A stretch of 63,934 nt of DNA, counting the filler, from Octopus bimaculoides (Eukaryota), in the NCBI RefSeq assembly GCF_001194135.2. It is 7 parts of 7 records of this genome, joined end to end, with 100 filler letters (N's around TTAATTAATTAA, not from the genome) between each part and the next. Parts side by side here need not be neighbours in the genome. Positions count along the whole stretch, not along the records: positions 40,872 to 42,783 come from NW_026388610.1; positions 42,884 to 44,906 come from NC_068996.1; positions 45,007 to 52,323 come from NC_068981.1; 4 more parts are not named here. One strand, 5' to 3'. Under the pieces are notes generated by a model. The model had not been told where the DNA came from, searched no databases, and saw nothing but the letters and a program-made list of their open reading frames with translations. Position numbers and translations under genes: made by a program. This document shows, one piece after another, positions 40,772 through 52,009 of this stretch (positions are counted from its first letter, which is position 1; the number at the start of each line of letters is the position of its first letter).

Positions 40772-40871
40772 NNNNNNNNNNNNNNNNNNNNNNNNNNNNN
40801 NNNNNNNNNNNNNNNTTAATTAATTAANNNNNNNNNNNNNNNNNNNNNNNNNNNNNNNNNNNNNNNNNNNN

Positions 40872-40891
40872 ATAAAAATAAAACTACTGAA
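40872..40891 (+). mobile_element. Extreme 3' end of an R4/Dong-like family-1 copy running into (AAT)n
   Basis: ATAAAAATAAAACTACTGAA matches the reverse complement of 44788-44807. Confidence 0.7.
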
Positions 40892-40934
40892 CAATAATAA
40901 TAATAATAATAACAATAATAACAACAATAATAAT

Positions 40935-41142
40935 GGTTTCAAATTTTGGCACAAAGCCAGGAATTTTGGGGGAGGGTGCTAGTCAATTATATCGATCCCA
41001 GTGTTCAACTGGTACTTAATTTATCAAGCCTCAAAAGGACGAAAGGCAAAGTCGACCTCGGCAGAATCTGAACCCAGAATGTGCAGACAGACAAAATACT
41101 GCTAAGCATTCTGCCCAGCATGCCAACGATTCTGCCAGCTCG
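40935..41142 (-). mobile_element. SINE family A flanked by trinucleotide tracts on both sides
   Basis: Reverse complement of the 43482-43681 type. Confidence 0.9.
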
Positions 41143-41175
41143 AAATCATAATAATAATAATAATAATAATAATAA

Positions 41176-41507
41176 AACGAGAAAGCAACCATACTCTGGG
41201 ATATGCCAATACACACAGATATAGAAATTAAGGCCAATAGACCAGATATAGTTGTCAAAGATCATGAAGAAAAAAAATGCTTTCTAATGGATGTATCAAT
41301 ACCAGCAGATGACAACGTTTCCCTAAAAGAAATGGAAAAACTTTCAAAATACAAAGACCTGGAAATAGAGGTAACTCGAATGTGGAATCTAAAAACAGAA
41401 ACAATTCCTATCATAGTAGGTGCCTTAGGTATAATAAAAAAATATTCAGACAAATACATAACAAAAACACCAGGACTTACAAATATATATAACATACAGA
41501 AAATTGC
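41176..41507 (+). pseudogene. 5'-truncated R4/Dong-like element (family 1), RLE domain in open frame
   Basis: ATILWDMPIHTDIEIKANRPDIVVKD..CFLMDVSIP..KEMEKLSKYKDLEIEVTRMW..IPIIVGALG; starts right after (TAA)n. Confidence 0.93.
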
Positions 41508-42398
41508 NNNNNNNNNNNNNNNNNNNNNNNNNNNNNNNNNNNNNNNNNNNNNNNNNNNNNNNNNNNNNNNNNNNNNNNNNNNNNNNNNNNNNNNNNNNNN
41601 NNNNNNNNNNNNNNNNNNNNNNNNNNNNNNNNNNNNNNNNNNNNNNNNNNNNNNNNNNNNNNNNNNNNNNNNNNNNNNNNNNNNNNNNNNNNNNNNNNNN
41701 NNNNNNNNNNNNNNNNNNNNNNNNNNNNNNNNNNNNNNNNNNNNNNNNNNNNNNNNNNNNNNNNNNNNNNNNNNNNNNNNNNNNNNNNNNNNNNNNNNNN
41801 NNNNNNNNNNNNNNNNNNNNNNNNNNNNNNNNNNNNNNNNNNNNNNNNNNNNNNNNNNNNNNNNNNNNNNNNNNNNNNNNNNNNNNNNNNNNNNNNNNNN
41901 NNNNNNNNNNNNNNNNNNNNNNNNNNNNNNNNNNNNNNNNNNNNNNNNNNNNNNNNNNNNNNNNNNNNNNNNNNNNNNNNNNNNNNNNNNNNNNNNNNNN
42001 NNNNNNNNNNNNNNNNNNNNNNNNNNNNNNNNNNNNNNNNNNNNNNNNNNNNNNNNNNNNNNNNNNNNNNNNNNNNNNNNNNNNNNNNNNNNNNNNNNNN
42101 NNNNNNNNNNNNNNNNNNNNNNNNNNNNNNNNNNNNNNNNNNNNNNNNNNNNNNNNNNNNNNNNNNNNNNNNNNNNNNNNNNNNNNNNNNNNNNNNNNNN
42201 NNNNNNNNNNNNNNNNNNNNNNNNNNNNNNNNNNNNNNNNNNNNNNNNNNNNNNNNNNNNNNNNNNNNNNNNNNNNNNNNNNNNNNNNNNNNNNNNNNNN
42301 NNNNNNNNNNNNNNNNNNNNNNNNNNNNNNNNNNNNNNNNNNNNNNNNNNNNNNNNNNNNNNNNNNNNNNNNNNNNNNNNNNNNNNNNNNNNNNNNNN

Positions 42399-42458
<60 letters not shown>

Positions 42459-42522
42459 TAACAACAACAACAACAACAATAATAATAATAATAATAATAA
42501 TCATTATTATTCTATCTACTAT

Positions 42523-42670
42523 TGGCACAAGACATGAAATTTTGTGTGAGGTAGCTAGTTGATTACATGAACCCCAGTGCTCAATTGGTACTTATTTTCT
42601 CGCATCCATAACAATGAAATGCAAAGTCAAACCCACCAGAATTTGAATTCAGAATGTAATGACTCAGACA
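42523..42670 (-). mobile_element. Partial SINE family A
   Basis: GGCACAAGAC..GAACCCCAGTGCTCAATTGGTACTTATT..GAATTTGAATTCAGAAT. Confidence 0.7.
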
Positions 42671-42883
42671 GTAAAGCCTGGTGCCTGGTGCAGTCTTCTG
42701 TCTATATGTGTGTGTGTGTGTGTGTGTACATACTTCAATGTGCCAGAAGGGAGGCTAGGCGACAGGTTTATTTAGCCAGAGGGNNNNNNNNNNNNNNNNN
42801 NNNNNNNNNNNNNNNNNNNNNNNNNNNTTAATTAATTAANNNNNNNNNNNNNNNNNNNNNNNNNNNNNNNNNNNNNNNNNNNN

Positions 42884-43388
42884 CGAAGCCCAGTATACCC
42901 ATCATGACTACCTGTCTGATAAGGGTACACCAGGCACATGCATCACAACCATATGTGAGTGATATGGTGATTTCATATCAAGATTAACAGCAGATGACCT
43001 TGCAGGTGAGGCCCAGTTAGAATTTTCTTCATGTTGAGTAGCCCATCCCGCTCAAAAGGTCCCTGAATAAGGGTTGTTTAAGAATGATGAACGAAACGCC
43101 AATGTTTCCAAAGGTGAATTATTCAAACCCCAAAGAATTCCTCTCAACACATGGCTATGATGCTCCCCCACTACTTCTGCTCGTGATCAGAGATGCGCAT
43201 ATCGTCAGCCACCAAGGGACATGCTCAACTGGTTAAGGTCAAGCAACTGACAAACATGTCTGTGGTATTGAGCAGAATATTTGCTGTAGTTCATCTTTTA
43301 TACCAAAGCAAAAACTTGTACATGATAACACTTTCAATCAGTTAAGATCAGAAGCCATGAGAGCCACTGCCTTGTACTGCATCAGGGC

Positions 43389-43390
<2 letters not shown>
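42884..43390 (-). mobile_element. (AAT)n-abutting repeat element, copy 2, opposite orientation
   Basis: Ends in the (TTA)n tract at 43391; homologous to 39238-39587. Confidence 0.85.
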
Positions 43391-43457
<67 letters not shown>

Positions 43458-43481
43458 CAATGTTGTTATTATCATTATTAA

Positions 43482-43681
43482 GGCGGCGAGCTGGCAGAAA
43501 CGTTAGCACGCGGACAAAATGTTTAGCGGAATTTCGTCCGTCTATACGTTCTGAGTTCAAATTCTGCCAAGGTCCACTTTGGTTTTCATCCTTTTGGGGT
43601 CGATAAAATAAGTATCAGTTGAGCACTGGGGTTGATGTAATCGATTTACAAAATTGCTGCCCTTGTGCCAAAATTTGAAAT
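43482..43681 (+). mobile_element. SINE family A, best-preserved copy
   Basis: GGCGGCGAGCTGGCAGAAACG box A, GAGTTCAAATTC box B, CATCCTTTTGGGGTCGATAAAATAAGTA core; TTA tracts on both sides. Confidence 0.92.
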
Positions 43682-43694
43682 CGTTATTATTGTT

Positions 43695-44660
43695 ACCTTT
43701 GCACAGCTTCTAACGCTGGAGATGTATTACAGTGCCACCTGTTCACTACCGGTGAACTAAGGTAACAGCTTCTAATTTTTCGAGCACCTACCGGAGTATT
43801 CGAGCGGTTCCAATCAGCACTGTTTTCTGCAAGTGCTCCACCCTTATTGCAGTCCTTATGTGTTCCACGTACTTCTCGAGATTTTTGCTCACTGTTCCCT
43901 GGGCTCCGACAATTATTGGTACTACTGCTACCTTTTTCATCGACCACAACTGCTTAACTTCCCAAGCTAACCTGTCATATCTCTCGACTTTTCTTTCTTC
44001 CTCATCGCATACCTTGTTGTCAGCTGGGCATGCTATATCTATGATCCAGCATAGTTTGTTTTCTTTCTCAATTAAGACCTTATCTCATGGTCTCTATCCT
44101 ATTCTCTATCTCATGGTCGCACTGAATCATAAAATCCCACAGGATCTTTGCATTTCCATTTTCGACGATGCCTTCCGTTTATGGTCGAACAAAAGTTTTG
44201 CTCTGTCAAATCCATACTTGTTGCAAAGTGTCCAATGGACAAGCCTTGCTATGTTGTCGTGGCGTCTCTTATATTCCTTCTGGGCTAGTGGCATACATTG
44301 ACTGGTAATATGCCATACAGTTTCACCGTTTTGTCCACAGATTCTGCACTTATCACTTTCTGCTGTGTTGTCTATTCTGTATTTTATGTAGTTTGTTCCT
44401 AGCGCTTTCTTTTGGGCCCCCGTTTCCAGTTTTAAATCACTTTTAGTCATCCGCAGTCATCTTTTTTCTCTGTCTGTCTTATCTTCAACATCCCTATGAA
44501 ATTGCCCCTGCATTCTTTTCTTTATCCACCTATTTTCAGTCTCATTCGTTTGTAATTTCTTGTATAGTGTTTTATCTTTGCAATCTTTCATTCTTCACAA
44601 GCCTGACCTTCTTACTTCTAATAATAGCGGTTCTATAGTTTTTATCTAATTAAAGTGGTT
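43695..44660 (-). pseudogene. 5'-truncated R4/Dong-like element (family 2): CCHC knuckle, RLE and 3' UTR
   Basis: KRMQGQFHRD, CRICGQNGETVWHITSQC, YKRRHDNIARLVHW, KILWDFMIQCDH, WIIDIACPAD, VPIIVGA, LIGTARILR; PD motif lost in a small rearrangement. Confidence 0.93.
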
Positions 44661-44787
44661 CTGTAGATAATAACTATTGTTAATATTATTATTATTGTTA
44701 TTATTATTACTATTATTATTATTGTTGTTGTTGTTGTTGTTGTTGTCATTGTCATTGTTATTATTATTGTTATTATTATTACTATTA

Positions 44788-44906
44788 TTCAGTAGTTTTA
44801 TTTTTATAACCTGCTTTCACTTCACTACCGAGCGCAGCTCTGTGTGCCGTGGGTATGTGCTGTGGTTTGCTGTGATGCTCTTATGGTTACTGTATTGAAA
44901 GTGTTT
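44788..44906 (-). mobile_element. 3' UTR and end of another R4/Dong-like copy, tailing into the (TAA)n upstream of the family-2 copy
   Basis: Minus strand KTLSIQ* then UTR ending ATAAAAATAAAACTACTGAA(TAA)n; link to family 1 (41176) is by recall, since that copy's end is in a gap. Confidence 0.65.
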
Positions 44907-45006
44907 NNNNNNNNNNNNNNNNNNNNNNNNNNNNNNNNNNNNNNNNNNNNTTAATTAATTAANNNNNNNNNNNNNNNNNNNNNNNNNNNNNNNNNNNNNN
45001 NNNNNN

Positions 45007-45063
<57 letters not shown>

Positions 45064-46289
45064 CATATATATATACATTTTATATATATATATATATACC
45101 ATATATATATATATACACATTATATATATATATTTGCAAATATATTTGCATGCAAAACCAATTACATAAAAATTTGGAGTTATATAGTTTAACGAAAGAA
45201 CTGAATATCCGGCCACCTGGAGGCGTCGGGTACCTTGACCAGTGGGTGTATGTATGTACGTATGTACGTATGTATGTATGTATGTATGTATGTATGTATG
45301 TATGTGTGTGTGTATGTGTTGTGTTATTGCATGTGTTTAAGCATATATATATTTAAATATTTGTGTGTATACATATATACATATATACACAGAGACAAAT
45401 ATACACAGATACATATTTTTAAAATAGTGTTATAGCTTAAAGTATGTGGATTATGTCTATATATATTTATATGTGTACGTGTCTACATACATACATCCAT
45501 GCATACATATAAGCACACATACATACATACATACATACATACATACATACATACATACATGATTCACATTCTTGAAACTACAAATATTTTTAAAATCGTC
45601 ACTTAATTTTCCATTTCTGACATATAAACCAAAGAATTTAAACCGTACTATATTCCTCATGTTTAGTTCCAATTAATTTTAATGTGTCCTGACATGTCTG
45701 AAGACATTGTACTCAACTAACTTTCATTTGAGAATAGTCAAATTTTATACTTTTTTTAAGAAAAAAAAATATGAGTCTTAATTTTCCTTAATTTACTGTA
45801 TGATCAACGCAGTTAAAATGAGAGAATTTATAAACCGCCCAATTAGGCATTTCTAAATTAACTTCAATATAGAATTTCTGAAGAATTCAATATAGAATTC
45901 CTGAAGAAAATTTATCCATTCTTGTAATAGTTTACTGGCTTCAGTTATTGGACAGAAGCCATGGTGGGGAACGGCTTTCGATTGTAAGAGCCTGAATTCT
46001 ATGTATTTGTTTAGTTTTCAAAATCAAGATTGGCAAAGGAGTAATGGTTATGTCAAAGCTGACGGGGAGTTAAAGAAAGTTCGATGGATATACCACAAAA
46101 TCATTTCCCTTCCATGGATGAATTTTACTGTCTCCTTCCTCCTCCCCCACATACATACATACGTACGTACGTACGTACATACATTATACAAACAGGCACA
46201 CACACACACATATGTATACGCAAATATATATTATATGAATATACCGTGTATAATACATTGTATATGTCTGTATATTATAGGCAAATATC

Positions 46290-46345
<56 letters not shown>

Positions 46346-46569
46346 GTCTGTCTGTCTGTCTGTCTATGTATCTGTTTGTCTGTCTGTCTGTTTGTCTGTT
46401 ATCTTCTCTCTGTATATATACATATGGTCACATGTTTATATATGTGTGTGTGTTGATGTGTGTATGTGGTTGTGTATGTGTATTTGAGTATATATGTATA
46501 TATGTCTCATTAAGGATCTGTGAACTACTATAAAGGCACGCATCATATCAACACGATCCAGCCACACAC

Positions 46570-46799
46570 AGTTCGACTGCAGCCATGCTGGAGCACCAAC
46601 TTTAGTCGATCAAATCGACATTAAGACTTATTTTTTGTAAACCTATGAAGTTCTATCAGGGTTCTTTTGCCGAACCGCTAAGTTACGGGGAGGTAAACAC
46701 ACCAACATTGGTTGTCAAGCGATGGTGTAGGGACAAACACAGACACACAAACATATACATATGTATGCATACATACATACATACACACACAAATATATA

Positions 46800-46835
<36 letters not shown>

Positions 46836-47364
46836 NNNNNNNNNNNNNNNNNNNNNNNNNNNNNNNNNNNNNNNNNNNNNNNNNNNNNNNNNNNNNNNNN
46901 NNNNNNNNNNNNNNNNNNNNNNNNNNNNNNNNNNNNNNNNNNNNNNNNNNNNNNNNNNNNNNNNNNNNNNNNNNNNNNNNNNNNNNNNNNNNNNNNNNNN
47001 NNNNNNNNNNNNNNNNNNNNNNNNNNNNNNNNNNNNNNNNNNNNNNNNNNNNNNNNNNNNNNNNNNNNNNNNNNNNNNNNNNNNNNNNNNNNNNNNNNNN
47101 NNNNNNNNNNNNNNNNNNNNNNNNNNNNNNNNNNNNNNNNNNNNNNNNNNNNNNNNNNNNNNNNNNNNNNNNNNNNNNNNNATATATATATATACACATA
47201 TATACGACGGGCGTCTTTCGGTTTCCGTCTACCAAATCCGCTCACAAGACTTTGGTCAGCCCGAAGCTATAGAAGAAGACAGTTGCCTAAGGTGCCACGC
47301 AGTGGAACTGAACCCGGGCCCATGTGGTTGGTAAGAAAGCTACTTACCACATAGCCATTTCTGC
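46570..47364 (-). mobile_element. SINE family B with expanded internal microsatellite (gap inside)
   Basis: Both halves match family B in reverse. Confidence 0.9.
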
Positions 47365-47394
47365 ACACACACACACATACATATGATGTATGTA

Positions 47395-47670
47395 GGCATC
47401 GTAAGATGGTTTAGAATTTAGGTTTACTATCATGAAGTTCAAGGTTCAATCTCCTTGCATAGAAGTGTCTCTTGTCATTACTTCGAGTTGACTAAAGCAT
47501 TGTAAGTGAATTTGGGTTGGAAAAATCTACCTGCAATTCAAAGGGCCAATATTGCCACGCTCATAGTCATAGTTAATCACTACAATATGAGTGTACATGT
47601 CTTTGAAACGCTCATCTGTTTATGTGCTATTTCAAAGCGTACACCGTTCCATTGATCGAACAACCAACAG
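47395..47670 (+). mobile_element. Decayed composite SINE: family B head plus family D tail
   Basis: GGTTCAATC..GACTAAAGCATTGTAAGTGAATTTGG joined to CCTGCAATTCAAAGGGCC..GTTCCATTGATCGAACAACC. Confidence 0.5.
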
Positions 47671-48323
47671 AGATTTGTGTATGTTCTCCTGTATCTTTAA
47701 ATATCTGAAGTCTTCCTATAAGGAAATAGGCTGGTTTCTAACAAAGTACAAGTCTTTGTCGTTCGAATGTAAACAAAAACAGCATCATATTTTAAACTCG
47801 AGAAAAGTCTTGAATGTTTTTATTGTTCCATTTTCAGATTATCTATGTAATGTGTAAGTTAATTAGTTGCTTTCCTTTTCTGAAAACCCCAGCCTTTGCA
47901 GATTGTCACAAAGACATTTACTAACAAAACAAAGTTCACCAATTATTATTGGTATTAATGTGAATTTGGATACAAAAGTTGGAGGCTTTCTCCAGAATTT
48001 TCGAAGAGATATTCACGTCAGCAGGGCAGCTGATCTCTATGACAGTACATACTTTTTCTTGTGAATCTCAAACGACGGTATCTAGTCTATTGTGTCTGCA
48101 CTTTGTTGAAACTTTGTTAGGAATCTTCCACCTATAACTGTTGTGTTGATGCTTATGTATGTATTTGGTTATGGGGGTATTATCTATGTTTATCCCCAAA
48201 CAATCTTTTGCCTCTTTCGAATAACATTGTTTTAGCGACAACGTCATGTCGCAGTATCTTGATGACATTTTTGGGCTTTCGCTGGTCACATGAGTGATGT
48301 CTTCTACAGAAATGTGACGACTA

Positions 48324-48507
48324 GGCGCAGGAGTGGCTGTGTGGTAAATAGCTTGCTTACTAACCGCATGGTTCCGGTTCAGTCCTACTGCATGGTACCT
48401 TGGGCAAGTGTCTACCATAGCTTCGTGCCGACCAAAGCCTTGTGAGTGGATTTGGTAGACGGAAACCGAAAGAAGCCCGTCGTATATATATGTGTATGTG
48501 TGTGTGT

Positions 48508-48549
<42 letters not shown>

Positions 48550-48568
48550 ATGTGTGTGTGTGTGTGCA

Positions 48569-48602
<34 letters not shown>

Positions 48603-48808
48603 TGTGTATCCGTGTTTGTCCACCCGCCATCGCTTGGCAACCGATGTTGGTGTGTTTACGTCCCCGTAATCTGGCAATTCGGCAAAATAGACCGATAAAA
48701 TAAGTACTAGGCTAACAAAAAAAACTGAAGTCCTGGGATCGATTTGTTCCACTAAAGGCGGTGCTCCAGCATGGCCGCAGTCAAATGACTGAAATAAATA
48801 AAAGAATA
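48324..48808 (+). mobile_element. Full-length SINE family B with internal (TG)n
   Basis: GGCGCAGGAGTGGCTGTGTGGTAA box A, GGTTCAGTCC box B, CORE-like ACCTTGGGCAAGTG, microsatellite 48485-48608, tail CAAATGACTGAAATAAATAAAAGA. Confidence 0.93.
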
Positions 48809-49039
48809 ATCGGCATTTCAGTGGCATCGTGTAGCTCCAAGGACCAACCTGTTACTTGTTCGTTAAGTATTATATGCAAACGTAAATCCGTCACTCGCAA
48901 GTGAGTATAATTTGCTAGCTTGTGCGACGCTTTCGTTAATTGTTTTTATTGCCTGCGTAGTCAGGAGCAGACATAGACACCCTCTTCGTCCTCCAAACCG
49001 TCACCCATCGGATCATGGAAGGCGTAGCAGCACGATGAA

Positions 49040-49210
49040 AGACAAAAAGCTTCATCAGCGGTCGATTGGTACTCATCACGGCTAAGAAGACTAAAGTAAC
49101 GCGAAGTGATGTTTTGTTCAAGGACACACAGAAACCATTGATCTAGGAATCGAATCGTTGAACTTATGAGTTCGAGCTCATCATTTTAATTGTTACGTCA
49201 CGTGGCTTTG
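49040..49210 (-). mobile_element. Decayed SINE family C-like
   Basis: Minus strand GATTCGATTCCTAG then GTGTCCTTGAACAAAACATCAC. Confidence 0.5.
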
Positions 49211-49349
49211 ACTTATGTACACACACGTGTTTATACATACACTCATATTTGTGTGTCTTTGCACGTTTTGTAAGTATATACGTATGTATGTATTTAGGTA
49301 TGTATGTATGTATGTATGTCTGTATGTATGTGTGTATGTATGTATGTCA

Positions 49350-50250
49350 AATTTGTAAGTGCTACTGGTAACATGTGACCCAGTACAATTTTTGTCATAT
49401 AGTTGCATGTATAGGCATGCCTTTATATACTTAAATAATAAACTTCTGGAAAAATTTACAGTTTCACAGTTCCACTGATAACTTGGATCTACTGTCTTCG
49501 AATCAGCTTTCTCCTTTCTGGTTTTGAGAAGCTTAATTTCTGAAGATGGGTACTTAGACAGTGTGTTACATATTCCAGTACCCCAATAATTACAGGTATA
49601 AATCTGAACTTGTAATCTGGGTTGAATAAGTGTAGATTTCTTAATAGTTCAGCGTAGGTGTCTTTTCTTTTTCACTGATCTTTAGCTTTATGTAGATCTT
49701 ATCAACGTCACTTTCTACGGAAGTTCCCAGTTGTTGTCAGGATTTTGCGGGTTTTGATGTCTGTGGAGTGGATTTCCTCTACAAACCAATTACGTAACCC
49801 ACATATTGGGATCAGCACTGGCACTACAAATGCATTCTGGGATATGGTTTTGTTGTACGAGGAGAGTTCCGACTGCCATATTTTCCTAAGTCTGGTGTAA
49901 TATTCTCGGGTCACTCTATCTTTATTCACAGTGCCTTCATATGATATATTTTCGTCTATGCCTAGGTACTTGTAACATTCTTTGTGTGGAATAGGGGAGA
50001 CAGAGAGACCGTTGATGCACAGGTTAGGGGTTTGGGGACTGACTCACCTCGTTCTATAAGCAAATATGAACATTTCTTTTGGCTAAATTCCATGCCTATA
50101 TCAGCTGAAAATGTTGTTATTAATTCCAGTTGTTTCTTTTTTTTACATTGTTAACACCTTTAGCATAAACCTTCAGGTCGTCTACAAAGAAATTACGAGT
50201 TACATTGATATTTCTGGCAGTTGAAGATCCTAGCATGTAACCATTTGTTT
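49350..50250 (-). pseudogene. R4/Dong-like element (family 3): RT C-half fused by deletion to the RLE end; (CATA)n on both sides
   Basis: FFVDDLKVYA, YKYLGIDEN, EYYTRLRKIWQSELSSYNK, DIKTRKIL, SDVDKIY joined near 49690 to YAELLRNL..FRFIPVIIG..FSKPERRKLIRR. Confidence 0.9.
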
Positions 50251-50490
50251 TCTGCTGTATGTATGTATGTATGTATGTATGTATGTATGTGTGTGTATGT
50301 GTGTATGCATGCATGTATGTAAGTATGTATGTATGTATATATGTATGTGTATGTGTGTATGTGTGTATGTGTGTGCGTGTGTGTATGTATGTATGTATGT
50401 ATGTATGTATGTATGTGTGTGTGTGTGCGTGTGTGCGTGCGTGTATTATGTATGTATGTATGCATGCATATATATTTATATATATATGTA

Positions 50491-50880
50491 TATAAATACA
50501 GTGTACATTTAAACATCTAAGAGGTATCTATCATAGGATTCCTTGCACGCTAGAAAGAACCATTATTAGGGATAAAACTTCGAAGGGAAGCTTAATTTAG
50601 GTGTACCTGCTGAAGAAGACTTCGCTTGGCAAATTATTCTATTTGCTAAAATAATTCAGAAACCATTGGTTCAGGAGCTAGATGGTAAATGTTTTCATTT
50701 TTCATTCCCTAATAATGGTTTGGAACTTAGCTGTTCTTTCTATCGTGCAAGGAATCCTATGATGGATACCTCTTATGTGTTTAAATCTAAACTGTATTAA
50801 TATGAATAATATATAGTCTATGGACTAAATTTTTACATGCTAGGCCACTGGTAGAAGAAATTTCTAATATTTCTCATCAC
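50491..50880. mobile_element. Third copy of the foldback family
   Basis: Imperfect arms of about 80 bp, 50491-50572 / 50706-50798; right flank matches 13118-13200. Confidence 0.75.
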
Positions 50881-50893
50881 CCTTGATATTATT

Positions 50894-50928
<35 letters not shown>

Positions 50929-51032
50929 NNNNNNNNNNNNNNNNNNNNNNNNNNNNNNNNNNNNNNNNNNNNNNNNNNNNNNNNNNNNNNNNNNNNNNNN
51001 NNNNNNNNNNNNNNNNNNNNNNNNNNNNNNNA

Positions 51033-51134
51033 TATTGTCCATGTTTTTTTGCAACGTCATGTATCCAGATATGCATCTATATATACATGTAGATGAAGGT
51101 ATGTACATACATGTACATATATATGCATATACTC

Positions 51135-51145
<11 letters not shown>
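51033..51145 (+). repeat. Dispersed repeat, inverted homologue at 54135-54255
   Basis: CCAGATATGCATCTATATATACATGTAGATG..GCATATACTCA shared in reverse complement. Confidence 0.8.
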
Positions 51146-51180
<35 letters not shown>

Positions 51181-51879
51181 TGTATCCGATGGACTTCTGC
51201 AACATTTACAGTTGCCCAATATCACGAAAGAGGCTATGGCAGAAAACATTCGCTTAATCTTTTACGCACAGTGTTCGGAGCCAAACGTTTTTGGAAAGAA
51301 TATTCTCCTCGTCATTTCCCGTTTCATATGAATTTTAAAGCAATTTACTTTAAATAAAACTTTTTAATTTATAACAACATGATTTATTATTTCAGCTGGT
51401 GACTTTTAAGCTTTTATTCTTTAACTGATTGCAGTCATAAACAACTTGTGTCTCATGTAATTCACTTGACACTATAGTCTTTGGTTAATTGGTGGATTTC
51501 TAAATGAAAACAAAAACAAGATTTCTTTACTGAGAAGAGACAGAGAGAGGGAGAAGGGGAACGAATTGAAAAAGAGAGACGGAGAGGGAGAAAATGAAAA
51601 AGAAGAGAAAGGGAAGAAAGAGGAAGAAAACACATTAATTCGTTGACTTTTTATTAGAAAATAGTTTAAGCTTCCTATAAAGAGATGTTATTATTTCTGA
51701 TGTGAAACTCGTAAAACGCTTCCTCTGTCACTTTATCCGCCGGCTTGACGCATTTCATTATTTAACCCCCTTACTGCCATGCAAAACTTTAGGCTGAGTG
51801 ATAGCTTAATAGCTTATGTGTGTTATTTTATACACGCATAGATTCATATCAATATACACACATCCAAACATACTTACAC

Positions 51880-51919
<40 letters not shown>

Positions 51920-52009
51920 CCATTACTCTATTATTCTATTATCAGTTTCAGCCAAAGGCTGTGGCCATTCTGCAGCACCGCAATTAGCGTTAATGCTTGC
52001 TTATTTGAG

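Noticed and set aside
48324-48400. tRNA gene, here and at other box A/B sites
   Set aside because: No complete cloverleaf, and each continues into a SINE body.
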